Shown in pieces: positions 9,641 through 18,348 of a DNA stretch of 64,000 nt. The DNA is from an uncultured Actinomycetes bacterium. GTDB lineage: Bacteria; Actinomycetota; UBA4738; HRBIN12. Position numbers and translations under genes: made by a program. The DNA lies in assembly GCA_963762075.1 (NCBI GenBank), contig CAVXJC010000008.1, positions 91,543 to 155,542 of the forward strand, given 5' to 3'. Under the pieces are notes generated by a model. The model was not told the origin of the DNA. It searched no databases and was given only the letters and a program-made list of their open reading frames with translations. The first letter of the stretch is position 1; every line of letters begins with the position of its first letter.

Positions 9641-10567
9641 GGCGGACCGGCCTCACCCTCGCCGCAGCCATCGTCGCGACGAGCACTCTCACGGCGGGGT
9701 GCATCAGCTCCGGCCCGTCGGGAACCGGGCATCCGTCGCGCGCGAGAACGATCGTCGTCGGGGTGTCCGGCGCCTTCGCCGAGAATCAGCTCGTCGCGGA
9801 GATGTACGCGCAGGTCCTGGAGCACGCCGGTTTCACGGTCGAGCGAGAGTTCGACCTGAGGTCTCGCGAGGTCTCACAGAGCGCGTTGGAGTCGGGCCAG
9901 ATCGATCTGAAGCCCGAGTACATGTCGTCGCTGCTCCTGTTCCTCGACTCCAACGCGCAGGCGTCGAGCGATCCGACCGATGTCGCGAGGCAGGTCGGCG
10001 AGCGCCTCCGGCCGAAAGGCATCACACGTGCTCACACCATCGCCCGCCGAGGACACGAATCAGTTCGTGGCGAACGCGAAGACGGCGCAGGAATTCAACC
10101 TGACCACACTGAGCTCGCTCGCCGCCGTCGCCGACCGGCTGACGATCGGCGCACCGCCCGAGTGTCCGCTCCGGCCCTTCTGCCTGCCGGGCCTTCGAGA
10201 CGTCTACGGGATCCTCTTCGAGGACTTCGAGCCACTGGACGCCGGAGGGCCGCAGACCGTCGCCGCGCTCAGGAGCGACGAGGTTCAGATCGCCCTGATG
10301 TTCTCGACGGATCCGAGCATCGAGGCCAACGGATTCATCCCGCTCCTCGACGACAAGCACCTCCAGGACGCGGAGAACATCACGCCCGTGATCCGCACCG
10401 AGAAACTGAACGACGAGGTTCGGCGGCTGCTCGACGCGGTGAGCGCCCGACTCTCCAGCGACACGGTGACCGAGCTCGTCGGGAAGATCGTGATCGACGG
10501 ACAGGATGTTGCCGGCGTCGCGAAGGCGTTCCTCACCGCGAACGGCCTCCTTCGATCGGTCAACTGA
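9637..10567 (+). pseudogene. Glycine betaine/osmoprotectant ABC substrate-binding lipoprotein (OsmF/OpuAC-like), frameshifted
   Basis: Lipobox LTAGC, FAENQLVAEMYAQVLE and IDLKPEY in one frame; VLTPSPAEDTN..LDDKHLQDAENITPV in the next; one extra base near 10024-10027. Confidence 0.85.
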
Positions 10568-10819
10568 ATCGTCTGCGGCGCTCATGCCCGGCCGAGGGAC
10601 ACGATGCCGGCTGGAGCACGGTTCCCGGGGGGAATGGATCGTTCCGGGGGAACGGCCACACGTAAGCTTGACACCCGAACCAGGCAATGGGCTATGGGAG
10701 CTCATGTAGCAAGCTCCAAACAAGCGTGTCAAGTGCAGGTACTACGATCGGAGGACGCTCGCCATGACAACCGAGCGCCTCGATCTCATCAAGCAACGCA
10801 CAAGTCTGGAGGTGGAATC

Positions 10820-11167
10820 GTGAGTGAACTTCTTGGTATCGCTCGGTTCAAGTTCCACGAGGGCAAGGTCGAGGAGTACAAGCGCTTGTCCGCTCAGGCC
10901 ATGGACATCGTGAGGACCAAGGACAGCGGAACGCTGCAGTTCGACATCTACCTCAACGACGACGAGTCCGAGTGCATGGTCATCGAGCGATACAGGGACT
11001 CCGATGCGCTCATCGAGCACTCCGAGAACCTCGGCGAGCTGTCCGAAGCCATCCTTACGATCGTCTCCGTGGTTCACGGCGAGGTCCTCGGCGAGGTGAG
11101 CGCAGAGTTGCGAGCGAAGCTGGCGGACAGCCCGGTCCAACCCTTCAGGCCCCACCAGTCGATGTAG
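10820..11167 (+). CDS. ABM-like (putative quinol monooxygenase) small protein
   Basis: GGAGG RBS then GTG; ARFKFHEGKVEEYK..DSGTLQFD..IERYRDSDALIEH pattern. Confidence 0.8.
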   Translation: MSELLGIARFKFHEGKVEEYKRLSAQAMDIVRTKDSGTLQFDIYLNDDESECMVIERYRDSDALIEHSENLGELSEAILTIVSVVHGEVLGEVSAELRAKLADSPVQPFRPHQSM

Positions 11168-11401
11168 CCACTGCCAGCGTGGGCGAGGCCGCCCCGACCG
11201 CCGCTACTGCACGACAGGGTGGCTCTACCGTCCCGGAGCTCGGCTTCGCGGCCTCAGGCCTCTGGCATCCGGGCGAGTGAAGCGACTCTGGGATGCGCGA
11301 GTGCACGGACATACTGGAGGTCATGACCATGCGGCTCGAGGGTTCGGTGGCTCGCTCGGGTTCGAGAAGGTGACGGTGGTGTTCGAAAGGCCACCGGCGA
11401 C

Positions 11402-12247
11402 GTGAACCGCGCACGGCTGCGCGAACTGGGCTTCGAGCTCGGCGCTCGCGCCGAGGCCGGCGTGTCCGACGAGGGTGCGTGGTTCGCGACGGCGCCTGAC
11501 GGCGCGCCGGTGGTGCTCAAGTGGTTCCCGGACGAGACCGTCGCCGAGCGCTATGCGGTCCTGCTCCCCGGCCTCGACGAGCTCCGATCACGCGGCGTCC
11601 CGGTGCCGGAGTACCCACACGTCCTCGCCGTCGACGGCTGGACGCTGTCGGCGCAGCAGGTCCTGCCGGGTGCGTCGGTGCGCAACCCGTCACCGGCGAT
11701 GGTGGAGCAGGTGGTCGAGTGCGTCGCCGCCATGGCCGGTGTCGCCTGTCCGCTGCCGGCGCCGGACCTGCGCCCCTGGGGTGCGTCCGTCGTGCACACG
11801 CTCACCGTCGGCGTGGACGGGTGGGCGATGCACGAGCCGCTGCGCACCGGGGGTCGTCGCAGCGCGGCGGTGCTCGACCGCGTGGAGGCCGTCGGCGCCG
11901 ACGCCGACCCGGCGTGGTTCCCGACCGACGGACTCGTGCACCTGGACCTGCACACCGACAACATCCTCGCCGGCGACGACGGCACCCTCACCGGGATCAT
12001 CGACTGGGAGGGCGCGTGCGCCGGCGATCCCCGCTTCGATCTCGTCAGGTTCGCGTACGACCTCGACGGGCACGATCAACCGGTCTGGGACGTCGTCGAG
12101 GCCACCGGCATCGAGCCGCGCGTGCTTCGGGCGTACGTCGCCCACCACGCGCTGCGGTGCACGTCCTGGCAGATCCACCACCACACCGACGACGTGCCCC
12201 GCCAGCTCGACCGCGCCGAGCGCGTCCTCGATCGGTACGAGGCCTAG
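11402..12247 (+). CDS. Aminoglycoside-phosphotransferase (APH)-family kinase
   Basis: VVLKW, LVHLDLHTDNIL, GIIDWE, GDPRFDL. Confidence 0.88.
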   Translation: MNRARLRELGFELGARAEAGVSDEGAWFATAPDGAPVVLKWFPDETVAERYAVLLPGLDELRSRGVPVPEYPHVLAVDGWTLSAQQVLPGASVRNPSPAMVEQVVECVAAMAGVACPLPAPDLRPWGASVVHTLTVGVDGWAMHEPLRTGGRRSAAVLDRVEAVGADADPAWFPTDGLVHLDLHTDNILAGDDGTLTGIIDWEGACAGDPRFDLVRFAYDLDGHDQPVWDVVEATGIEPRVLRAYVAHHALRCTSWQIHHHTDDVPRQLDRAERVLDRYEA

Positions 12248-12532
12248 TGAGAGGGCGGGCCGTGGCCGAACGCGCCGGGGCGCGAGCCGCCGCCGAGATC
12301 AGTGACATCGTGCCCTTCACCAGGGACATGGCAAGGTCATCCGGCCCGTTGACCACGACCTCGGTGGGAACGACGTCGGTGAGGGCCCGTCACCTGGCCG
12401 GTCCTTGAGGAACGCCACCGCCGCCCCCCTCCTGTGAGTTCGCATACCGGTGAGCAGAGGAGCTTGCCGTAGCAAGGACGGTGCCGGACGACAAGGACTG
12501 GTAGCAGCGTGAACTCGAGGGGTGAACGTTCG

Positions 12533-12603
12533 TTCCGGGGGGAGGAATCGAACCTCCATTCCAGGCTCCAAAGGCCCGTGTCTTGCCGTTAGACGACCCC
12601 GGA
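12533..12603 (-). tRNA. tRNA-Gln (anticodon TTG), CCA not encoded
   Basis: TCCGGGG/CCCCGGA acceptor stem, GTCT/AGAC D stem, CGGGC-CTTTGGA-GCCTG anticodon arm, GGAGG-TTCGATT-CCTCC T arm. Confidence 0.96.
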
Positions 12604-12623
12604 TCGCGCTCGAGTGACCGCGC

Positions 12624-13547
12624 TCACTCTCGATTATCTCGCGCCGGTTGCGGTTCGGCGCGCGCGGGCGGGGCGCTCACCACGACCGAGCCGGGCACCG
12701 CCGCGGCGAGCGCGTCGGCATGGCCGATGTGTCGCGCGAGGGCGGCGACGGTCGGACCGCTTCCCGTCACGATCGCACCGAGCGCACCGGCGTGCGCGAA
12801 CTGGTCGATGACCTCACCCACCTCGGGATGGTGCCCGACGACGCCGGTTTGCAGGTCGTTGAAGATCGCATCGCCCAGCAGCTCGACGTCGCCGGTCTCG
12901 AGCGCAGCGATCAGCACACCGGGATCGGGCCCGGTCACGGGTGCGTCGCTCCACCACTCGTAGGCGTCGGTAGCCGAGACCCCGAAGGTGAAGGGCTTGA
13001 GGACCCACCAGGTGCTCCCCGTGTGCACGGGTGTGATGCGATCGCCTCGGCCCTCCACGAGCACTGACTCACCGGCGAGCATGGCAGGAACATCCGACCC
13101 GAGATGTGTCGCGAGCTCGAGGAGCGCCTGGTCGTCTAGAGAGCAGGCCAAGAGCTCATCGAGGGCGAGCAGGGTCGCGGCGGAATCCGCGCTCCCACCG
13201 CCGAGGCCGGCCGCGACGGGGATGCGCTTGTGCACGTCGAGCGATACACCGAGCGAGGAAGGGTCGAGGCCGACGAACCCGGCGAGCGCGAGCGCAGCTC
13301 GCCCGGCGAGGTTCTCGCCGGGCTCGGTCGATACCTGCCGCGCCAGCTCCGGCTCCCCCCCGACCCTGATCTCGATGCCACCCGGGCCACCGGCGTCTGT
13401 GACCGTCACGATGTCGTGCATCGAGATCGGGAGCACGACGCTCTCGACGTCGTGGAAGCCGTCGGCGCGGCGCCCCAGCACGCGCAAGAAGACGTTGATC
13501 TTCGCGTGGGCCCGGCGCGAGACGACCCGAGGCGATGGCTCGCTCAC
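12624..13547 (-). CDS. ispE: 4-diphosphocytidyl-2-C-methyl-D-erythritol kinase
   Basis: AHAKINVFL, KRIPVAAGLGGGSAD, GSDVP, FNDLQ, TGSGPT. Confidence 0.96.
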   Translation of the reverse strand: MSEPSPRVVSRRAHAKINVFLRVLGRRADGFHDVESVVLPISMHDIVTVTDAGGPGGIEIRVGGEPELARQVSTEPGENLAGRAALALAGFVGLDPSSLGVSLDVHKRIPVAAGLGGGSADSAATLLALDELLACSLDDQALLELATHLGSDVPAMLAGESVLVEGRGDRITPVHTGSTWWVLKPFTFGVSATDAYEWWSDAPVTGPDPGVLIAALETGDVELLGDAIFNDLQTGVVGHHPEVGEVIDQFAHAGALGAIVTGSGPTVAALARHIGHADALAAAVPGSVVVSAPPARAEPQPARDNRE

Positions 13548-13557
13548 CGGCCGGCCT

Positions 13558-14440
13558 TCACGGAGCCGGCACCCGCTCGGCGATCGCAGCGAACGCCGAG
13601 AGGTCGAGCTCTTCGGCGCGGGCGTTGGGCGCCACCTCCGCGCTCGCGAGCACCTCGTCGGACTTGTCGGCGTCGAGCCCCAGCCGGCGCAGGGCGTTGC
13701 GCATGGTCTTCCGCCGTTCGGCGAACGCCTCGTCGACGACACGCCACAACGATCGTTCGTCGACCTCCACAGGCGGCACCGCCACACGGTCCAGACGCAC
13801 GACGACCGAATCGACCTTGGGCCGAGGCCAGAACACCGCGGCCGGCACGCGACGAATGAGTGATGCGGAAGCGCCGTACGCGACGCGCAGGCTCACGGCG
13901 CCGAAGTGTTCGTCGCCCGGCAGGGCGACGAGACGCTCGCCTACCTCGCGCTGCACCATCACGACCCATCTATCGATGGCGGGAGCTCCCGCGAGTGTGT
14001 CGAGCACGAGCGGCACGGCGATGTTGTACGGAAGGTTCGCACAGAGCGTCCACGTGCCTCGATCGCCGGCGTCGCGATCGTCCCCGCCGTGCTCGCCCGC
14101 CTCGCCGAGCTCCGTCTTCCAGTCGAGCTTCATCGCATCGGCGTGCAGCACGCGAACCGACGCGACGCTGGCCGTGACCTCCTCGAGCGCTCGCGCGATG
14201 CCCCGGTCGACCTCCACCGCGAGCACCTCTGCACCGACGGCTGCCAGTGCGACCGTGAGCGATCCGAAACCGGCGCCGATCTCGACCACGAGATCGCCGG
14301 CGCCGATGCCCGCGTCGGCCGTGATCGCTCGGGCGAGGTTGGGGTCGATCAGGAAGTGCTGGCCGAGTGACTTCGTCGGCCTGATGCCGTGGCGAGCGGC
14401 AAGATCGCGGATCGCAGCGGCCCCGAGGCCGCCGCTCTCA
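13558..14440 (-). CDS. rsmA: 16S rRNA m6,2A dimethyltransferase KsgA
   Basis: PTKSLGQHFLID, VEIGAGFGSLT, ANLPYNIA, MVQREV; 5' coordinate approximate because there is no canonical in-frame start at the expected position. Confidence 0.95.
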
Positions 14441-15625
14441 CCAGGCGATGCTGACGTCGAGGACGCCCGCGCCGAGCGGTTGGAGGACCGCGAAGGCCTC
14501 CGGAGAGAGGTCGATGATCCTTCCCGTGCCGAACGGTCCCCGGTCATTGATCGTGACGGTAACGGAACGGCCGGTCTCGTCGTCGGTCACCGTGACGAGC
14601 GTGCCGAACGGCAAGGTCGGGTGCGCCGCGGTGAGCCCTGCCCACGGCGGGTCGTACCAGGTCGCCAGACCTGTCTGTGCGTCGGCGACGGCGCCCGGCA
14701 CATCGGTGGTTCCGCCGTACATCGACTGCGGCGGCGACAGACGTTGCTCGGTCACCGGCTCGCGCTCGATCCATCGCCCGATCAGTTGGCGCGACGCGAC
14801 CTCGCCGTTGATCGACGTCACGACGAAGGTGCCGATACCGCGCCCGTCGCGACCCTGCTGCAGCACCTTGACCGGCGTGCCCGGTGTCATGCGCGGCGTG
14901 TACTCGGTGTGCACATCGAACGCGATCCTGATGGCTTCCATCTTGGTGACGACTCGCACGTCGTCGAAGGAGACGGTCGTGCCGGCGTGAAGGGGGGTCT
15001 CGGGCGACGGCCGAACGCGGTCGTTCGCGTCGGGTTGGATCCCCATGGCCGAGAGGAGTTCCCCGGCCGTGTCCGCGTTGGTCAAGACGTCGCGCACCTT
15101 CCCCAGCACGACGGCTTGCACGGACACGACCGGGGACGTTCCGACGCTCGAGGCGGAGAAGTCGCTCTCGACGAGCCGATCCGTCATGTCGACGGGGTCC
15201 AGCTCCGTCCCGGCCATCACCCAGACCCCCACATCGATGGGGCTTTCGAACATCGCGGCGTCGGCGCCCGGCTCGCTCGTCGGGCCGACGGCGCCGGGGG
15301 CGCTCGCAGCGAGGAATGCCTCGGCACCCGACGCCACCCGCGCCGGGTCGACCACCACGGTCATGCCGTCGGCGATCGTGCTCATCGGCGACGGCTGTAC
15401 GAGGACCGCCGACGTGAGGGTGATGCCTTCATCGGCGAGCAGGTCCTCGACGGAGTCCGAGGTGGTCGCGACGGTCTGATGACGGCCGTCGACGACGAGG
15501 TTGACGTGCTTGCGGAGAGAGAGGTTCACGACGCCGGCGACGAGCACGATGCCCACCACGACGGTGAAGCCCATGGTCGCTCGGTGGATCCGCAAGCGGC
15601 GGACCCTGTTGGCGCGGATCGGCAA
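14438..15625 (-). CDS. RpfB/YabE-position protein: TM, DUF348 repeats, G5-like segment, C-terminal RlpA-like double-psi beta-barrel
   Basis: VNLVVDGR..TTSDSVEDLLADEGI and TNADTAGELL (DUF348-like); GLATWY, TAAHPTLPFGT, INDRGPF, RIIDLS (RlpA-like); lies between tatD and rsmA. Confidence 0.85.
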   Translation of the reverse strand: MPIRANRVRRLRIHRATMGFTVVVGIVLVAGVVNLSLRKHVNLVVDGRHQTVATTSDSVEDLLADEGITLTSAVLVQPSPMSTIADGMTVVVDPARVASGAEAFLAASAPGAVGPTSEPGADAAMFESPIDVGVWVMAGTELDPVDMTDRLVESDFSASSVGTSPVVSVQAVVLGKVRDVLTNADTAGELLSAMGIQPDANDRVRPSPETPLHAGTTVSFDDVRVVTKMEAIRIAFDVHTEYTPRMTPGTPVKVLQQGRDGRGIGTFVVTSINGEVASRQLIGRWIEREPVTEQRLSPPQSMYGGTTDVPGAVADAQTGLATWYDPPWAGLTAAHPTLPFGTLVTVTDDETGRSVTVTINDRGPFGTGRIIDLSPEAFAVLQPLGAGVLDVSIAW

Positions 15626-15701
15626 CCTTCCTCCACGGTGCTAGAGGAAGGCCTCGCAGGGAAGCGGCCGGTGCCGGTCGAAGCCTTCAAGCAGGGTGCG
15701 C

Positions 15702-15731
15702 ACCCTAACAAACCCTCAACTCTCACTGCAA
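15702..15731 (-). promoter_or_regulatory. Putative sigma70-type promoter of the rpfB-position gene
   Basis: TTGCAG-N18-TAGGGT on the minus strand. Confidence 0.5.
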
Positions 15732-15740
15732 CCTTGAGAA

Positions 15741-15756
15741 TCGAACGTGCGTTCGA
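15741..15756. promoter_or_regulatory. Putative LexA (SOS) box
   Basis: TCGAAC-GTGC-GTTCGA, an exact match to the actinobacterial TCGAAC-N4-GTTCGA consensus, intergenic. Confidence 0.7.
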
Positions 15757-15792
15757 CCAGGCGGAACGGTCGTGGCGTGCTCGCGGGCTCCG

Positions 15793-16614
15793 TCAACGAA
15801 GTCCGGGGAAGGCGGCACGAGCATTCGCCGCGGTCGCGGCCACGAGATCGTCCACACCCTCGCCTCGCACCCGCGCCAACTCGGCGAGCGTGAGCATCAC
15901 GTTGGCGGGATGATTCGTCGATCCTCGCAACTTCTGCGGCGAAAGGAACGGCGCGTCCGTCTCGACCAGGAGCCGACCGAGCGGCACCGCTGCGGCCGCC
16001 TGCCGGAGATGCTCGTTCTTGGGATAGGTCAGGTTTCCGGCGAAGCTCGTGAAGTAGCCGCGCGCCGCGCACTCTCGCGCGATGTCGGCGTCGCCGGAGA
16101 AGCAGTGGATAACGACGTGCTCGGCCGAACCCTCAGCGAGCACTCGAAGCATGTCGGGCCATGCGTCGCGCACATGCACCACCATCGGCTTGCCCGACTC
16201 GTTGGACCAAGCGATGTGGGCGCGCAGCGCGTTGATCTGGTCTTCGGCCGGTGAACGCAGGCGGAAGTAGTCGAGCCCACACTCCCCCACTCCGATCACC
16301 CGGGGGTCCCCGAGCAACTCCTCGAGGCGCGACGCGGCGGATCCGTCGAAGGCCGAGGCGTCGTGGGGATGCATGCCTGCCGTGGCGAACACACCCTCGA
16401 GAGAATCGGCGAGCTCGGCCGACCGCCGGCTCGTTTCGACGTCGATGCCGACGCAGATGAGCCGATCGACGCCGGCCGCCTTCGATGTCTCGACCACATC
16501 TGCAGGTTCCGGGTCGAGCAAGAACAGGTGGCAGTGGGTGTCAACTGCTCCGGTGTCAGCCGCGGGTTGAAGGTTCCGGTTGGTCACGAGCGCCGAGACT
16601 ACACGGGTCTCCAT
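15793..16614 (-). CDS. tatD: TatD-family DNase
   Basis: DTHCH, GMHPH, GECGLDY, HCFSG, LVETDAPF; start 16614 or 16587. Confidence 0.95.
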   Translation of the reverse strand: METRVVSALVTNRNLQPAADTGAVDTHCHLFLLDPEPADVVETSKAAGVDRLICVGIDVETSRRSAELADSLEGVFATAGMHPHDASAFDGSAASRLEELLGDPRVIGVGECGLDYFRLRSPAEDQINALRAHIAWSNESGKPMVVHVRDAWPDMLRVLAEGSAEHVVIHCFSGDADIARECAARGYFTSFAGNLTYPKNEHLRQAAAAVPLGRLLVETDAPFLSPQKLRGSTNHPANVMLTLAELARVRGEGVDDLVAATAANARAAFPGLR

Positions 16615-16631
16615 ATGCGGTCGATGGAGGG

Positions 16632-16647
16632 AGCTTCACGTGAAACA
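16632..16647. promoter_or_regulatory. Putative parS site
   Basis: AGCTTCACGTGAAACA versus consensus TGTTTCACGTGAAACA (14/16), intergenic. Confidence 0.65.
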
Positions 16648-16681
16648 CGATTCCCGCAAGCCTCACCCCAGAGTGCAGCCG

Positions 16682-16690
16682 TGTGGAAAA
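16682..16690 (-). promoter_or_regulatory. DnaA-box-like 9-mer
   Basis: TTTTCCACA on the minus strand, one mismatch to TTATCCACA. Confidence 0.35.
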
Positions 16691-16713
16691 GTCCCGCGGG
16701 GCGACGGAGCCGA

Positions 16714-18258
16714 CTACGCGGACCAGGCGGCCTCGAGACGGGGGAACAGCGACTCACCCTTGACCGTTTCCGTACCCACCGCGAGCCCGCCCCACGCGCC
16801 TGAGGCGGGAAGTCGCTGATCCGCGAGAGGTTCGCCGATGCCGAGCTGGGACCAAAGATCCGCGGCGGCCCCGGGCATGATCGGCGCGATCGCGATCGCC
16901 AAAACCCGCAGCGTCTCGGCCGCGGCGTAGAGCACGCTCGCCAGCTCATCGCGGCTGGCGGGGTCCTTGGCAAGCTTCCACGGTTCCTTCTCGACGAGGT
17001 AGTGGTTGGCTCGGGCGACGATGTCCCACACCGAGACGAGCGCCGGCTGGAGCTGCATGTCGAGCATGTGACTGTCGTAGCGACCGAGAGCGTCCTCGAT
17101 CACGGCGGGCATGTCACTCTCGGCCCCGGGCGTGACGGGCTCGGGCACGAGGCCGTCGAAGTAGCTGGCGAGCATGGCGAGCACACGACTCGCGAGGTTG
17201 CCCAGCCCGTTCGCAAGATCGGCGTTGTGCCGCTCGGTCATCGCCTCCCACGAGAAGTTCCCGTCCTGACCGAACGAGATCTCCCGCATGAAGAAATAGC
17301 GATACGAGTTCACACCGAAGTGGTCGATGAGCTCGAAGGGGTGGATGCCGGTGCCCTTGCTCTTGGACATCTTCTCGCCGCTCACATTGACGTGCCCATG
17401 GGCGAACACCGTCTTGGGGACTTCGACACCCGCGGCCATCAGCAAGGCCGGCCAGATGACCGCGTGGAACCGGATGATGTCCTTGCCGATGATGTGTACG
17501 TCGGCCGGCCACAACCGCTCGAACATGCTCTGGTCGGTCCCGAAACCAACCGCGGTCGCGTAGTTGAGGAGCGCGTCCACCCACACGTAGACGACGTGCT
17601 TGGGATCCCACGGCAAGGGGATGCCCCAATCAGTGCCGGACCTGGAGATCGAAAGGTCATCGAGCCCTCCGCGCACGAACGAGACCATCTCGTTCCTACG
17701 GAAGTCCGGCAGCACGGATCCTGGAACACCAGCGTAGAGGTCGAGCAACGGCTGCTGATACTTCGAGAGCGGGAAGAAGTAGTTCTCCTCGCTCAAGATC
17801 TCCACAGGCCGTCCGTGGATCGGACAGTTTCCGTCGATCAGCTCCTTCTCCCGTTTGAACTCTTCGCACGAGACGCAGTAGGGGCCCTCGTAGGTGCCCA
17901 GGTAGATCTCACCGCGGTCATGGAGTCTCTGCACGAAGGCTTGCACCCGCTCGGCATGACGCGCTTCCGAGGTCCGGATGAAGTCGTCGTTGGAGATCTG
18001 GAGCCGAGCCCAAACGTCCTGCCATTTGGGCACCATGCGATCGACCCATTCCTGCGGCGTGATCCCGAGTTCCGCCGAGGAGCGGGCGACGTTGAGGCTG
18101 TGCTCGTCGGTCCCTGTGAGGAAGTGCACAGCCTCACCCCGCTGCCGTCGATACCGCGCGATGAAATCGCAGGCGATGATCTCGTAGGCGGTTCCGACAT
18201 GAGGCTCGGCGTTCACGTACGGGATCGCTGAGGAGATGAAGAAGGTATCCCGGCCCAT
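16714..18258 (-). CDS. metG: Methionine--tRNA ligase
   Basis: IPYVNAEPHVGT, LTGTDEH, CVSC..CPIH knuckle, YVWVDALLNY, GKDIIRFH, KMSKS. Confidence 0.98.
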   Translation of the reverse strand: MGRDTFFISSAIPYVNAEPHVGTAYEIIACDFIARYRRQRGEAVHFLTGTDEHSLNVARSSAELGITPQEWVDRMVPKWQDVWARLQISNDDFIRTSEARHAERVQAFVQRLHDRGEIYLGTYEGPYCVSCEEFKREKELIDGNCPIHGRPVEILSEENYFFPLSKYQQPLLDLYAGVPGSVLPDFRRNEMVSFVRGGLDDLSISRSGTDWGIPLPWDPKHVVYVWVDALLNYATAVGFGTDQSMFERLWPADVHIIGKDIIRFHAVIWPALLMAAGVEVPKTVFAHGHVNVSGEKMSKSKGTGIHPFELIDHFGVNSYRYFFMREISFGQDGNFSWEAMTERHNADLANGLGNLASRVLAMLASYFDGLVPEPVTPGAESDMPAVIEDALGRYDSHMLDMQLQPALVSVWDIVARANHYLVEKEPWKLAKDPASRDELASVLYAAAETLRVLAIAIAPIMPGAAADLWSQLGIGEPLADQRLPASGAWGGLAVGTETVKGESLFPRLEAAWSA

Positions 18259-18283
18259 GATCGGGTCATGATACGAGGGCGTG

Positions 18284-18308
18284 CTACTAGTCTGGATCAG
18301 ACTAGTAG
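18284..18308. repeat. Perfect inverted repeat between divergent promoters (candidate operator)
   Basis: CTACTAGTCTG-GAT-CAGACTAGTAG, 11-bp arms, AT-rich relative to its surroundings. Confidence 0.75.
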
Positions 18309-18312
18309 TGCC

Positions 18313-18342
18313 TTGCCCGCCTTCCGGGCTCGGGTGTAGCGT
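18313..18342 (+). promoter_or_regulatory. Putative sigma70-type promoter
   Basis: TTGCCC-N18-TAGCGT. Confidence 0.55.
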
Positions 18343-18348
18343 TCTTCC

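Noticed and set aside
11168-11401. Small ORFs or ncRNA in the gaps flanking the APH gene (also 12248-12530)
   Set aside because: No convincing coding signal or consistent structure found by eye
11402-12247. Bona fide aminoglycoside resistance gene (also the APH-like genes at 28496 and 42252)
   Set aside because: Only generic APH-fold motifs are visible; substrate cannot be inferred
15715-15738. HspR HAIR operator
   Set aside because: Half-sites are in the opposite order and spacing to CTTGAGT-N7-ACTCAAG
13535-15913. 792-aa plus-strand ORF and similar long ORFs (for example 28448..30784, 47733..50006, 53462..55396)
   Set aside because: Antisense shadows of well-supported genes with no recognisable motifs; expected in high-GC DNA
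18284-18308. MetJ Met-box upstream of metG
   Set aside because: AGACTAGT is a poor match to AGACGTCT, there is no tandem 8-mer array, and MetJ is not expected in this lineage
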